DNA from: an uncultured delta proteobacterium
GTDB lineage: Bacteria > Myxococcota > Myxococcia > Myxococcales > Myxococcaceae
Length of the DNA: 64,000 nucleotides
NCBI GenBank assembly: GCA_963771175.1
Contig: CAVYSY010000033.1
Location: 1 to 64,000, forward strand
Reading direction: 5' to 3'
Below are positions 52,305 to 61,155 of this stretch, in pieces (within the stretch, counting starts at the first letter, position 1; every line of letters begins with the position of its first letter). A model generated the notes under the pieces. The model did no database searches, was not told the DNA's origin, and saw only the letters and a list, made by a program, of their open reading frames with translations. A program made the translations under genes and the position numbers.

Positions 52305-52770
52305 CGCGCTGAAAGGCGGGACGGGCGTGCAACCGCTCCAGGTAGGCGCCCAGGGGGGCGAAGGGCTCCAGGAGACCCGTCGGCCGCGCGGCTTCCAGCA
52401 CGAAGCTCATCTGGATGTCGGCGGCGCTGAAGGTGTCGCCCAGCAGGTAGTCCCGTTTCTCCAGCGCTCCGGAGATGTACCCCAGGTGGTTCATCATCTC
52501 GCTGGAGATGCGCGGCTTGAGCGGCGCGCCCGCCTCGCCCAGGCGTCCCATGTATATCCCGAGGATGAACGGCAGCATGGCCGAGCCCTCGGCGTAGTGC
52601 AGCCAGTGCACGTAGGTGTCGTACTCGGCCGAGTCCGGCGCCGGCGCCAGCCGTCCATGGCCATGGTGGCGCACCACGTAGTCGATGATGGCACCGGACT
52701 CGGCGAGGACCCGTCCATTGTCCTCCAGCAGCGGGGACTTGCCGAGCGGATGGATCGCCTTGAGCTCGGT
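52305..52770 (-). pseudogene. Glutathione S-transferase fragment (N-terminus missing)
   Basis: ELKAIHPLGKSPLLEDNGRVLAESGAIIDY...WLHYAEGSAM...FSAADIQMSF...RPAFQRA; no in-frame GST start. Confidence 0.8.
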
Positions 52771-52854
52771 CCATCACAAGGCCGCGCCTCCGACGGGTGT
52801 GGGAAAGGCCACACGGCCCGGCACCCTCTCGGCAACGAAACCCGAGCGGGCAGG

Positions 52855-53505
52855 TCAGCGCAGCTGAAACACGTTCGATGCTACGCGATGGCCGGCGAGG
52901 TCCGTCACCACAATCACCGCGCTGGAGGCCGGGGTCGCGAACACCACCTGCTGGGTGAGCACGCCGTTGACGAACGGGTCGCTCACCTTCGGCCCGAAGT
53001 TCACGCCCGGCCCCGACTCGAAGCGCACGTTGCCGTGGAAGCTCTCCGCGTTCGGGCCTTGCGCGCGGACGGTGATCGTGAACGGCACGAACGGAGCCTG
53101 TGTGTCGATCGGATCAATCGAGTAGGTGTCCGGCCACTGGCCATCGACCACGGTGAACGCCGACGGCGCCGTCGCGACGCGCCCATCCGAGAGCGTGACC
53201 CGAACGTCGTAAGCACCCGGAACGAGGAGCGTCGGCACCTGCGTCGCGAGCACGCCCTTTCGGGTGAACGTCGGCGTCGCGAGCTCGAGCGAGCCGAGTT
53301 CGACCTTCACCGCGGTCGAGACGTCGACCGTGCCCTGTTCGTAATCGACCGTGGCCGGAAGAGGCAGGTCGGCGGATATCTCGATCGGCGTGTACTCGCT
53401 CGCGAGCATCTGCGACGGCGACACCGCGCGGATCTCCGGATCCGGCCAGTCCTCACAGCCGGACGCGAGCAGCAGCAGGAACGTTCCAATGCACACGCGT
53501 GTCAT
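52855..53505 (-). CDS. Lipoprotein with an IPT/TIG-like Ig domain
   Basis: Lipobox LASGC; PEIRAVSP...PGAYDVRV. Confidence 0.65.
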   Translation of the reverse strand: MTRVCIGTFLLLLASGCEDWPDPEIRAVSPSQMLASEYTPIEISADLPLPATVDYEQGTVDVSTAVKVELGSLELATPTFTRKGVLATQVPTLLVPGAYDVRVTLSDGRVATAPSAFTVVDGQWPDTYSIDPIDTQAPFVPFTITVRAQGPNAESFHGNVRFESGPGVNFGPKVSDPFVNGVLTQQVVFATPASSAVIVVTDLAGHRVASNVFQLR

Positions 53506-54197
53506 GGCAGCCGGTACCTCACCCCGAGCGTCCCCTGGAGACCCGTCGCGCGCCCGAGCACGAACGGAATGGATGCCTCGCCGAAGGCAAACCGCGCCTC
53601 GCCGAACAGCTCGACGGCGGAAAGCGGCACGCGGAGCTGAAGCCCCACGAGCGCGTCCCACCCCACCGCGGTCCGGACGGTCGACTGAGAGAAGGAGCTC
53701 GCCAGGTACTGCAGCGCGAGCGAGGGTCCGACGCCCAGACGTGCATCGAGGCCGACCGGACCCAGACGCAGCACGTTCAGCCGGCCCGACAGATAGAGGG
53801 GCACGCCGTGCAACGCCGACGTCACCGTCCCTCTGTCGGGCACCGTCGCGTCGAACCGGGTGAAACGCCAGTCGAGCTCGGCGTCGAGCGCGAGTCGACC
53901 GTCCCAGATCGGCGGAGTGATCGAGAACACCGCCGCCACGAGCGGACCGCGGTTGTAGCCGCCGCCGTAGAAGCCGCCCCCGGCGAGGGCGAACGCGTAA
54001 CGAATCGGCTGGGGGCCGCGAGTCGAAGCCGCAACACGCGAAGGCTCGGACTTTCGAGAAGGCTCGCCAGCCGCCGGCGTGGGCGTCGACTTCGGCTCCG
54101 GTTTCGCGACGGGCGCGGGCCGCCGCTTCGGAGGTCGTGACGGCCCGCCGACGGCAAGCGAGGCGACCAGCAGGTTCAGCAAGAAGATCCACCGCAT
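53502..54197 (-). CDS. Probable small outer-membrane beta-barrel protein
   Basis: Signal peptide, Pro-rich linker, amphipathic strands ending LGVRYRLP; overlaps the lipoprotein start. Confidence 0.6.
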   Translation of the reverse strand: MRWIFLLNLLVASLAVGGPSRPPKRRPAPVAKPEPKSTPTPAAGEPSRKSEPSRVAASTRGPQPIRYAFALAGGGFYGGGYNRGPLVAAVFSITPPIWDGRLALDAELDWRFTRFDATVPDRGTVTSALHGVPLYLSGRLNVLRLGPVGLDARLGVGPSLALQYLASSFSQSTVRTAVGWDALVGLQLRVPLSAVELFGEARFAFGEASIPFVLGRATGLQGTLGVRYRLP

Positions 54198-54278
54198 CGG
54201 ACCGACTTCACCGGCCTGGTGCGTGGCGGTCAAGTCCCGAGCGCAGCCGGTTCACTCTTCGCGTATCGGGCGAGCGGA

Positions 54279-54707
54279 CTAGAGCAGTTTCGCCATGATC
54301 TCGCGCTCGCGCTGCTCGAGCTTGATCGAGGCGAGCGCCCAGTCGATGAGATCGTCGGCGACCGACACGTCGAAACCGAAGGCGCTGGCGGTCGCCTTCA
54401 CCGACGCGCGCTCCTCGTTCGCGATCTCGCCGTCGGCGCACGACACCTCGACGATCATGCGCAGGAGGGCAGCGCGCAGCTCGCGGTTTTCGATCTTGCT
54501 GACGATGTCGGTGAGGCGGCTGGGCTTCTGGAATTCCTGCTCGATGAGCGCGGAGATCTGCTCGTCGCGAGGCGACAGGCCGATGCCGGCCACCACGTTG
54601 TCGAGGTGCTGGCGCTCGTCCTCGGTGATGCGGCCGTCGCTCGCCACCACGTTGGCCATGGCCTGGACGAACGCCATCAGCTGTTCCTGGGGATACTCGC
54701 GCGTCAT
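54279..54707 (-). CDS. TerB-family protein
   Basis: VVASDGRITEDE ... VSCADGEIANEE. Confidence 0.85.
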   Translation of the reverse strand: MTREYPQEQLMAFVQAMANVVASDGRITEDERQHLDNVVAGIGLSPRDEQISALIEQEFQKPSRLTDIVSKIENRELRAALLRMIVEVSCADGEIANEERASVKATASAFGFDVSVADDLIDWALASIKLEQREREIMAKLL

Positions 54708-54901
54708 GTTGTCTCCTTGGCGAGCGGCACGCGGCTGGCCAGTGGCTCGCGGACAGATGAGAGGGGCGGGGCTGCTCGGCGCGGCAGGATAGTCGGCGCC
54801 GACGAGGACCGGAACCGGTTTTCGCTCGACCCCCCCGCCGCCACCGAGCCGCCGCCTCGCGGAACGCCGCGACAAACGCCCGGTGCTGCTCGCGCAGTTC
54901 C

Positions 54902-55792
54902 TCAGTCCGTCTCCGTAGCGAGGCTCAACCGTCCAGACAGCTGCAGGTAGCTGCGGACGAGGATCGACAGCATCAGGGCGATCCCCAGGGCTTGGATGGC
55001 ATGGCTCAGCATGCTCCCCACTGCCATGCCCAGCTGGCCCAGGAGCGGCGAAATGAGCGACGACACCACGCCGCCCATCAGGGTCATGCCGATGCAGCTC
55101 CCCCCGCAGATCAGCAGCAAGAGGAAGACCTTCATGCGGTGGCCCTCGGTGAAGGCCCAGGAGAAGATCATCGCCTTGATCGGACCGAGCGGGTGCAGCA
55201 CCAACGCCGGGGCCGAGATCGCCAACCCGACGCCCAGGAAGATGGCCGGCGCGACACACATCACGAAGCCGATCGCCAGGACGATCCAGAGGCAGATGGT
55301 CAGCCAGAGCATCGGCCGCACGCGACCGAGCCCCTCGGAGATGATCTCCCCAGGCGAGCGCTCGCGACCCGTCAGCACATCGCCGAGGAAGCGGATGAAG
55401 AGCGGATAGGTCATGGCCGAGAAGGCCGTGGTGGCGAGCAAGAAGCCCACCCGCGCGGCGTGAAACACCCCCTCGTCCAGCGGCGTATCGAGCGAAACGT
55501 AGGTGAGCGGCAGGGTCACCAGGCCGAAGACCCCCGCGGCCGAGCAAAAGGCCGCGAGCGCCCGGGGATGCTGGAGGAGGATCCGGAAGGACTCCCACAG
55601 GGTGCTCCCCACATCGAGGCCCACCGGGGCGAATCGCTCACCGCAGTGGGTGCACAGGGAGCCCTCCTCCGGGCTCATGCACGCCAGGCAGATGAACGTT
55701 CCACAGCGGGTGCAGGTCGTCGGGGCGACATCGACCAATTCGGGGTGCTTCGGGCAGGGAGCCGGAGCAGCGGTGTCCATGTCCGCACTCAT
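54902..55792 (-). CDS. Membrane protein with an N-terminal B-box-like Zn finger
   Basis: CPKHP...CTRCGTFICLAC...LCTHC followed by about six TM helices. Confidence 0.7.
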   Translation of the reverse strand: MSADMDTAAPAPCPKHPELVDVAPTTCTRCGTFICLACMSPEEGSLCTHCGERFAPVGLDVGSTLWESFRILLQHPRALAAFCSAAGVFGLVTLPLTYVSLDTPLDEGVFHAARVGFLLATTAFSAMTYPLFIRFLGDVLTGRERSPGEIISEGLGRVRPMLWLTICLWIVLAIGFVMCVAPAIFLGVGLAISAPALVLHPLGPIKAMIFSWAFTEGHRMKVFLLLLICGGSCIGMTLMGGVVSSLISPLLGQLGMAVGSMLSHAIQALGIALMLSILVRSYLQLSGRLSLATETD

Positions 55793-55900
55793 AACCCGAG
55801 CAGCGCCCGCGGCGGGATTTCGTGACGGTGGCTCGCTCACTGGGAAGGGCCGTAGGCCCTGGATTCGTGGCATCCTTGTCCTCGGAGGGGGATGCCCGAC

Positions 55901-56035
55901 ATGCACCTGACCAAGGTGGATGCGATCAGTGAGAGGGCAACACTCACCGAGAGCGACCTCAACGACAACTTCAAGAAGCCCCTCCAATACCAGACGCCCC
56001 GGCAGGTGCGCCTCGGCCTGCGCTACACCTTCTGA
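55901..56035 (+). pseudogene. C-terminal remnant of an Oar-like TonB-dependent receptor
   Basis: Ends ...NDNFKKPLQYQTPRQVRLGLRYTF-stop; not in the ORF track because it is under 60 aa. Confidence 0.6.
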
Positions 56036-56044
56036 CGGACGCGC

Positions 56045-57340
56045 TCAGGCGGCGCTCACCGCGGGGGGCACCTGCGCATGGGTGGCCATCTCGGCCACGC
56101 ACTGCGGCTCGTCCGACCAGAAGCGCAACCACTGCTCGCGCAGCGCGCGGGCGTCCTGCCGGCCCAGGTCGATGAGCATGTCCGCGAAGCCTCCGTCGAA
56201 CAGCAGGTAGGAGGCCAGGTCCGCCTCGTGCGGGGCCTCCCGGTCCACCAGCCGGAGAATCGCCTTGTGCGCCAGACCGGAGCTGCGTCGGCGGAACTCG
56301 GGCGTGCGGACGTACTCGGCGGCCAGCGCGCCGAGGTCCCTCGAGGGCCGCACCAGCAGTTCGCGCACGTAGCGCAGGGGCTGGCTGCGGTGGGGCTCCA
56401 CCACCGAGCCGAGCGTCTGCGCGAAGCCCGGTCCGTAGGCCACCGTCCCCGCCTCGAGAATCGCGTTGAGCCGCCGCAGCCGGCCGAGGTCCTGGTCCGT
56501 GCGGTCCATCATCAGCGTGTTGAGCATCTTCCCCACGAGGAAGGGCGCGGTCGCGAAGGCCTGCTCGCGCTCCTGCTCGGAGCTGCCCGACTCGCCGTCC
56601 GGCTTCCGAGCGCGGACCGCCTCGTGCCGCAGCGAGATGACCACCACCCGCTGGGCCCCGAGCCGCAGCGCGGGGCTGAGCGGCACGTTCAGCCGCAGCC
56701 CGCCGTCCACGTGCAGCTCGCCCCGGATGCGCACCGCCGGGAAGGCCACCGGGATGGCGGCCGAGGCCAGTGCATGCAGGGGACCGATGCGCGTGGCCTC
56801 GGCCTGGTAGGAGGGATCATTCCCCCAGGAAGGGATTCCACCGCCGTGCCGTTGGACGAACACCGAGGCCCGCCCGCTGCCCACGTGCGTGGCGCTCACC
56901 GCGAGGGCATCGAGGTGTCTCCTGCGCAGGTTGCGGCCGATCCCCAGCCACGGAATGCCGCGGCTCACGATGGCCCGCAGCCCACGCGGATCCACCAGCC
57001 CGCCGTACTGGATGTCGCGTGGATGATCCGCCGGCTTGCCGAGGGCCTCGCGCAGGAGCCGGAAGATGTCCCCCACGCCGAAGCGGAGCACCTCCTCCAC
57101 CTTCATCCCGGTCCAGTGGGCCCGCATGCCCCGGGCCTGAAGCCGGGGCTGATCGCTCGTCGCGGCGAGGTAGCAGGCGTGGATGGCGCCCACCGAGGTG
57201 CCCGCGAGGATGTCCAGCCGCAGCTCCCGGCCGAGCTCCGGCTCCAGCTCCTCGCGGAGATAGGAGAGCACCCCTGCCTCATAGGCGCCTCGCGCCGCAC
57301 CACCTCCGAGCACCAGACCCGTCTTCAGTCGACTCATCAT
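56045..57340 (-). CDS. Patatin-like phospholipase
   Basis: GGGARG, GTSVG, ASAAIP, DGG. Confidence 0.9.
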   Translation of the reverse strand: MMSRLKTGLVLGGGAARGAYEAGVLSYLREELEPELGRELRLDILAGTSVGAIHACYLAATSDQPRLQARGMRAHWTGMKVEEVLRFGVGDIFRLLREALGKPADHPRDIQYGGLVDPRGLRAIVSRGIPWLGIGRNLRRRHLDALAVSATHVGSGRASVFVQRHGGGIPSWGNDPSYQAEATRIGPLHALASAAIPVAFPAVRIRGELHVDGGLRLNVPLSPALRLGAQRVVVISLRHEAVRARKPDGESGSSEQEREQAFATAPFLVGKMLNTLMMDRTDQDLGRLRRLNAILEAGTVAYGPGFAQTLGSVVEPHRSQPLRYVRELLVRPSRDLGALAAEYVRTPEFRRRSSGLAHKAILRLVDREAPHEADLASYLLFDGGFADMLIDLGRQDARALREQWLRFWSDEPQCVAEMATHAQVPPAVSAA

Positions 57341-57507
57341 CGCGGAGACCCTCTAAGAGACAGTCTACGGCGGATGGAGATGTGACTGGGAGGGGCCGAG
57401 GACCCCCGACGGGCGGACAAGGCCGCTCGGGAGTATGTTGGCCGAGCGCTTGTTGTCGTCGGCGTCGGACGACCGGAGGGGCCGCGTGCGTCCGGTTCCA
57501 TGGGAGT

Positions 57508-57978
57508 ATGGCCATGTGGAAGCGAGTGGGAGTCGTACTGGCCGTGTCGCTGGTGGGACTCGGAGCCAATCCCGCCGAGGCGCGTTTCGGTAAGCGCTCG
57601 CGCCCGCATGTCGTCGCAACCCCCGTCGAGTCACCGACCGCCGGGCGAGGGCGGGTCGTACCGCCCCAACCCGTTCTACGACCGTGGCCATGACGGGTAC
57701 GGCGACCCCTGGTACCGCTACTACTACGATCCGTCCTGGGCCTGATCTCGGGAGGCCTGGACGTCGCCTTCGCGCCGGACGCCCTCTTCGTGGGGCCGGG
57801 CCTGGGGACGAGCGCGCTGATGCGCGTGATGGGGCCACTCAAGCTGGAGGCGAGCGCCCACTGGACGCCCTTCCCTTTCACCGCCATCTACCTGAGCGAC
57901 CAGGGCCGCGTGGAAGCAGGGAGGATCAACCGCGAGCTCTTCGCGGGACCCTACGCCGGCGTGGCGCTGCACCTCTGA
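57508..57978 (+). pseudogene. Secreted/outer-membrane protein, disrupted
   Basis: Signal MAMWKRVGVVLAVSLVGLGANPAEA, then a frameshift and a stop; last strand FAGPYAGVALHL. Confidence 0.45.
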
Positions 57979-58067
57979 GCGCGCGGAGCGGCCCTGGGTT
58001 GTGTCCAGGGCCACCCGTGGGGTAGGCACGTCGCTTGGAACCCCAACCGACGAGGAATCCCCCGTCC

Positions 58068-59531
58068 ATGGCCAGCACCCCCAGCGCCACGACCAGCGAC
58101 CGTTTCCCGCCGCAAGTCCCCTACATCATCGGCAACGAGGCCTGTGAGCGCTTCAGCTTCTACGGGATGCGGAACATCCTCACGGTGTTCCTCATCGACT
58201 ACCTGCTGCGCAACGCCGTGCCCGATGAGGGCGCCCGCTCCGCCCATGCGAAGAGCCTGATGCACCTCTTCATGGCGGGCGTGTACTTCTTCCCGCTGCT
58301 GGGCGGATACCTCGCGGACCGCTGGCTCGGGAAGTACAAGGTCATCCTCTCGCTGAGCCTCGTGTACTGCCTGGGCCACGCGTTCCTGGCGCATCTTCGA
58401 GAACAACGCCACGGGCTTCTACACGGGCCTGTTCCTCATCGCCCTGGGCAGCGGCGGCATCAAGCCGTGCGTGAGCGCCATGGTGGGAGACCAGTTCAAC
58501 GAGTCCAACAAGCACCTGGTGAAGAAGGTCTTCGCCATCTTCTACTGGACCATCAACTTCGGCTCCTTCTTCGCCTCGCTGTTCATCCCGCTGACGCTCA
58601 AGCACCTGGGGCCCGCCGTGGCGTTCGGCATCCCCGGCATGCTGATGTTCATCGCCACCGTCATCTTCTGGGCGGGCCGCCGGCACTACGTGGTGGTGCC
58701 GCCCACCGGCCCCAACCCGCACTCCTTCCTCAAGGTGATCGGCTCGGCGCTCCGCCACCGGGAGCCCGGCAAGCCCTGGCTCGACGGCGCCATGAAGAAG
58801 CACCCCGCCGAGGCGGTGGAGGGCGCCAAGGCCGTGCTGCGCATCAGCGGGCTGCATCTTCCCCACCATCCCGTTCTTCTGGATGCTCTTCGACCAGAAG
58901 GCCTCCACGTGGGTGGTGCAGGCGCGCTCCATGGACCCGCAGGTCGGCCCCTTCACCTTCCAGCCGAGCCAGATGCAGTTCGTCAACCCGGCGCTGGTGA
59001 TGCTCCTCATCCCGCTGCTCGTCGGAGTGGTGTACCCGGCCTTCCAGCGCTTGGGCTGGGAGCTCACGCCGCTGCGCCGCATGCCGCTCGGGCTCGCGGT
59101 GGGCGCGTTCTCGTACGTCATCGCCGGCTACTACCAGGTGCGTCCTCGAGCGGGGCACGACGCTCGAACATCGCCTGGCAGCTCTGCCCTACATCGTGCT
59201 CACGCTGGCGGAGGTCCTCGTCTCCACCACCGGCCTCGAGTTCGCCTACACCCAGGCGCCGCGCGAGATGAAGGGCATCATCCAGAGCCTCTGGCTGCTC
59301 ACCACCACGCTGGCCAACGTGGCGGTGGCCATCGCCTCCGCGCTCAACGTCTTCACCGGCTCGGGCCAGTTCTTCTTCTACGGAGGCTTCGCGCTGGTGG
59401 CGGCCGTGGCCATGGCCCTCATGGCGCGCCACTACCAGGTGCGCGACTACTACCAGGCCGACGTGGTCGGCCCCGTGCCCGACCGGGCCCAGCCTCCGCT
59501 CGCCACCGTGGGTGACTCGAAGGCGCTGTAG
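58068..59531 (+). CDS. POT/PTR proton-dependent oligopeptide transporter (frameshifted)
   Basis: EACERFSFYGM, GGYLADRWLG, GGIKPCV, FYWTINFGS, LEFAYTQAP. Confidence 0.9.
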
Positions 59532-59557
59532 CTCCGCGCCTCGGCTCCCGCAAAGCA

Positions 59558-59594
59558 AAGGGCCCCGAGTGATTGCGCTCGGGCCCTTCTCTTT
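59558..59594. terminator. Probable bidirectional terminator between the convergent POT genes
   Basis: AAGGGCCCCGAG...CTCGGGCCCTT with A-rich and T-rich flanks. Confidence 0.55.
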
Positions 59595-59641
59595 GGGGGA
59601 CTCACCCCCGTCCTCTCTCAGCGAGAGGGAGGCTCCACGAC

Positions 59642-61046
59642 TCAGGCCGAGGGAGCCGCCTCGGCCGCGGTCGGTCTGCGCGGCGCGCGGGCTGCGTCTC
59701 GTCCGCGCCGTGCATCATCCGCTTCAGCATCGGCGCGATGGCCAGCAGCACCGCGCCCGCCACGGCGGTGGCGATGGTGATGGACAGGAACACGTCGAAC
59801 TCGCCCAGCTTCTCCGCGTAGCCGCCGATGACGCCGGACAGCTTGTTGGCCACCGCGTTGGCGAGGAACCACACGCCCATCATCAGCGAGACGAACCGCG
59901 CCGGGCGCCACCTTGGTCACCATGGAGAGGCCCACCGGGGAGAGGCACAGCTCGCCCGACGGTGTGGAAGAGGTAGGCCATGATCACCCACCACGCAGCG
60001 CCGCCTTGCCCACGGCCGTCGCTCTGGTTGGAGGCGCCCAGCATGAAGACGAAGCCGAAGCGAGAGCAGCAGCAGGCCCATGCGCCATCTTCACCGGGAT
60101 GGTCGGGTCCTTGCCCTTGCGGCGCCAGGCCGCGTCCACATGCTCGGCGAAGATCGGGGCCCAGCAGCACGATGAAGATCGGGTTGACGTTCTGGAACCA
60201 GGTGGTGGGAACCTCCCAGCCGAACACGCTCGCGGTCCACCTTCGGCGTCCGTGTAGAGGTTCATCAGGCCGCCGGCCTGCTCGAAGGCCGTCCAGAAGA
60301 AGACGACGAAGAGCGCGAGATGAAGATGACGACGATGCGGTCCATCTCCGCGCGGGTGAGGGCCACGGCCTTCACGGGCGCCTGCGCCCGCCTGCTCGCG
60401 CTCCACCTTCTTCGGCGCCATGCCCACCTCGCCCAGCAGGCGCTTGCCCGAGGGCCAGGAAGAGGATCACGCCGAGCAACATGCCCACGCCGGCGGCGCC
60501 GAAGCCCCAGTCCCAGCCGACCTTCTCGCCCAGCGTGCCGCACACGCCGAGGCCAGGAACGCGCCCAGGTTGATGCCCATGTAGAAGATGGTGAAGGCGC
60601 CGTCGCGGCGGCCGTCACCGGGCGCGTACAGCCCGCCCACCATGGTGGAGATGTTGGGCTTGAAGAAGCCGTTGCCCACGATCAGGAAGCCCAGGCCCGC
60701 GTAGAAGATGCGCCTCGGCTGCCGGGCAGCGCCAGCAGCAGGTGGCCGATCATCATCAGGGTGCCGCCGAGCACCACCGCCTTGCGCTGGCCGATGTAGC
60801 GGTCCGCGATGAAACCGCCGATCAATGGGCGTCAGGTACACGAGGCCCGTGTACGTGCCGTAGAGCGCGAGCGCGTTCGCCGTGGACCAGCCCCAGCCGC
60901 CCATCTTGTCGGCATCGAGGAAGAGCACGAGCAGGGCGCGCATGCCGTAATAGCTCATGCGCTCCCACATCTCGGTGAAGAACAGCAGGTAGAGGCCCTT
61001 GGGGTGGCCCTTCGGGTCGGGGCCGCGGCGGCCGTGCTCTGTGCAT
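59642..61046 (-). CDS. Second POT/PTR peptide transporter, DtpT-like (frameshifted)
   Basis: [52 protein letters not shown]. Confidence 0.9.
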
Positions 61047-61155
61047 GCGCAAGGTTTCCTCGCGGCGGGGAGAGAAAGAGGAATATAGCAGACCACGCTG
61101 GTTGTACCAGAAGCCCTGCGCTCCTGGCAGAAACCCAGGTCAGGTGCGAGCGACC

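Noticed and set aside
54840..54905. Remnant of a sigma54 activator (…LAERRDKRPVLLAQFL)
   Set aside because: The resemblance covers fewer than 20 residues and could be chance.
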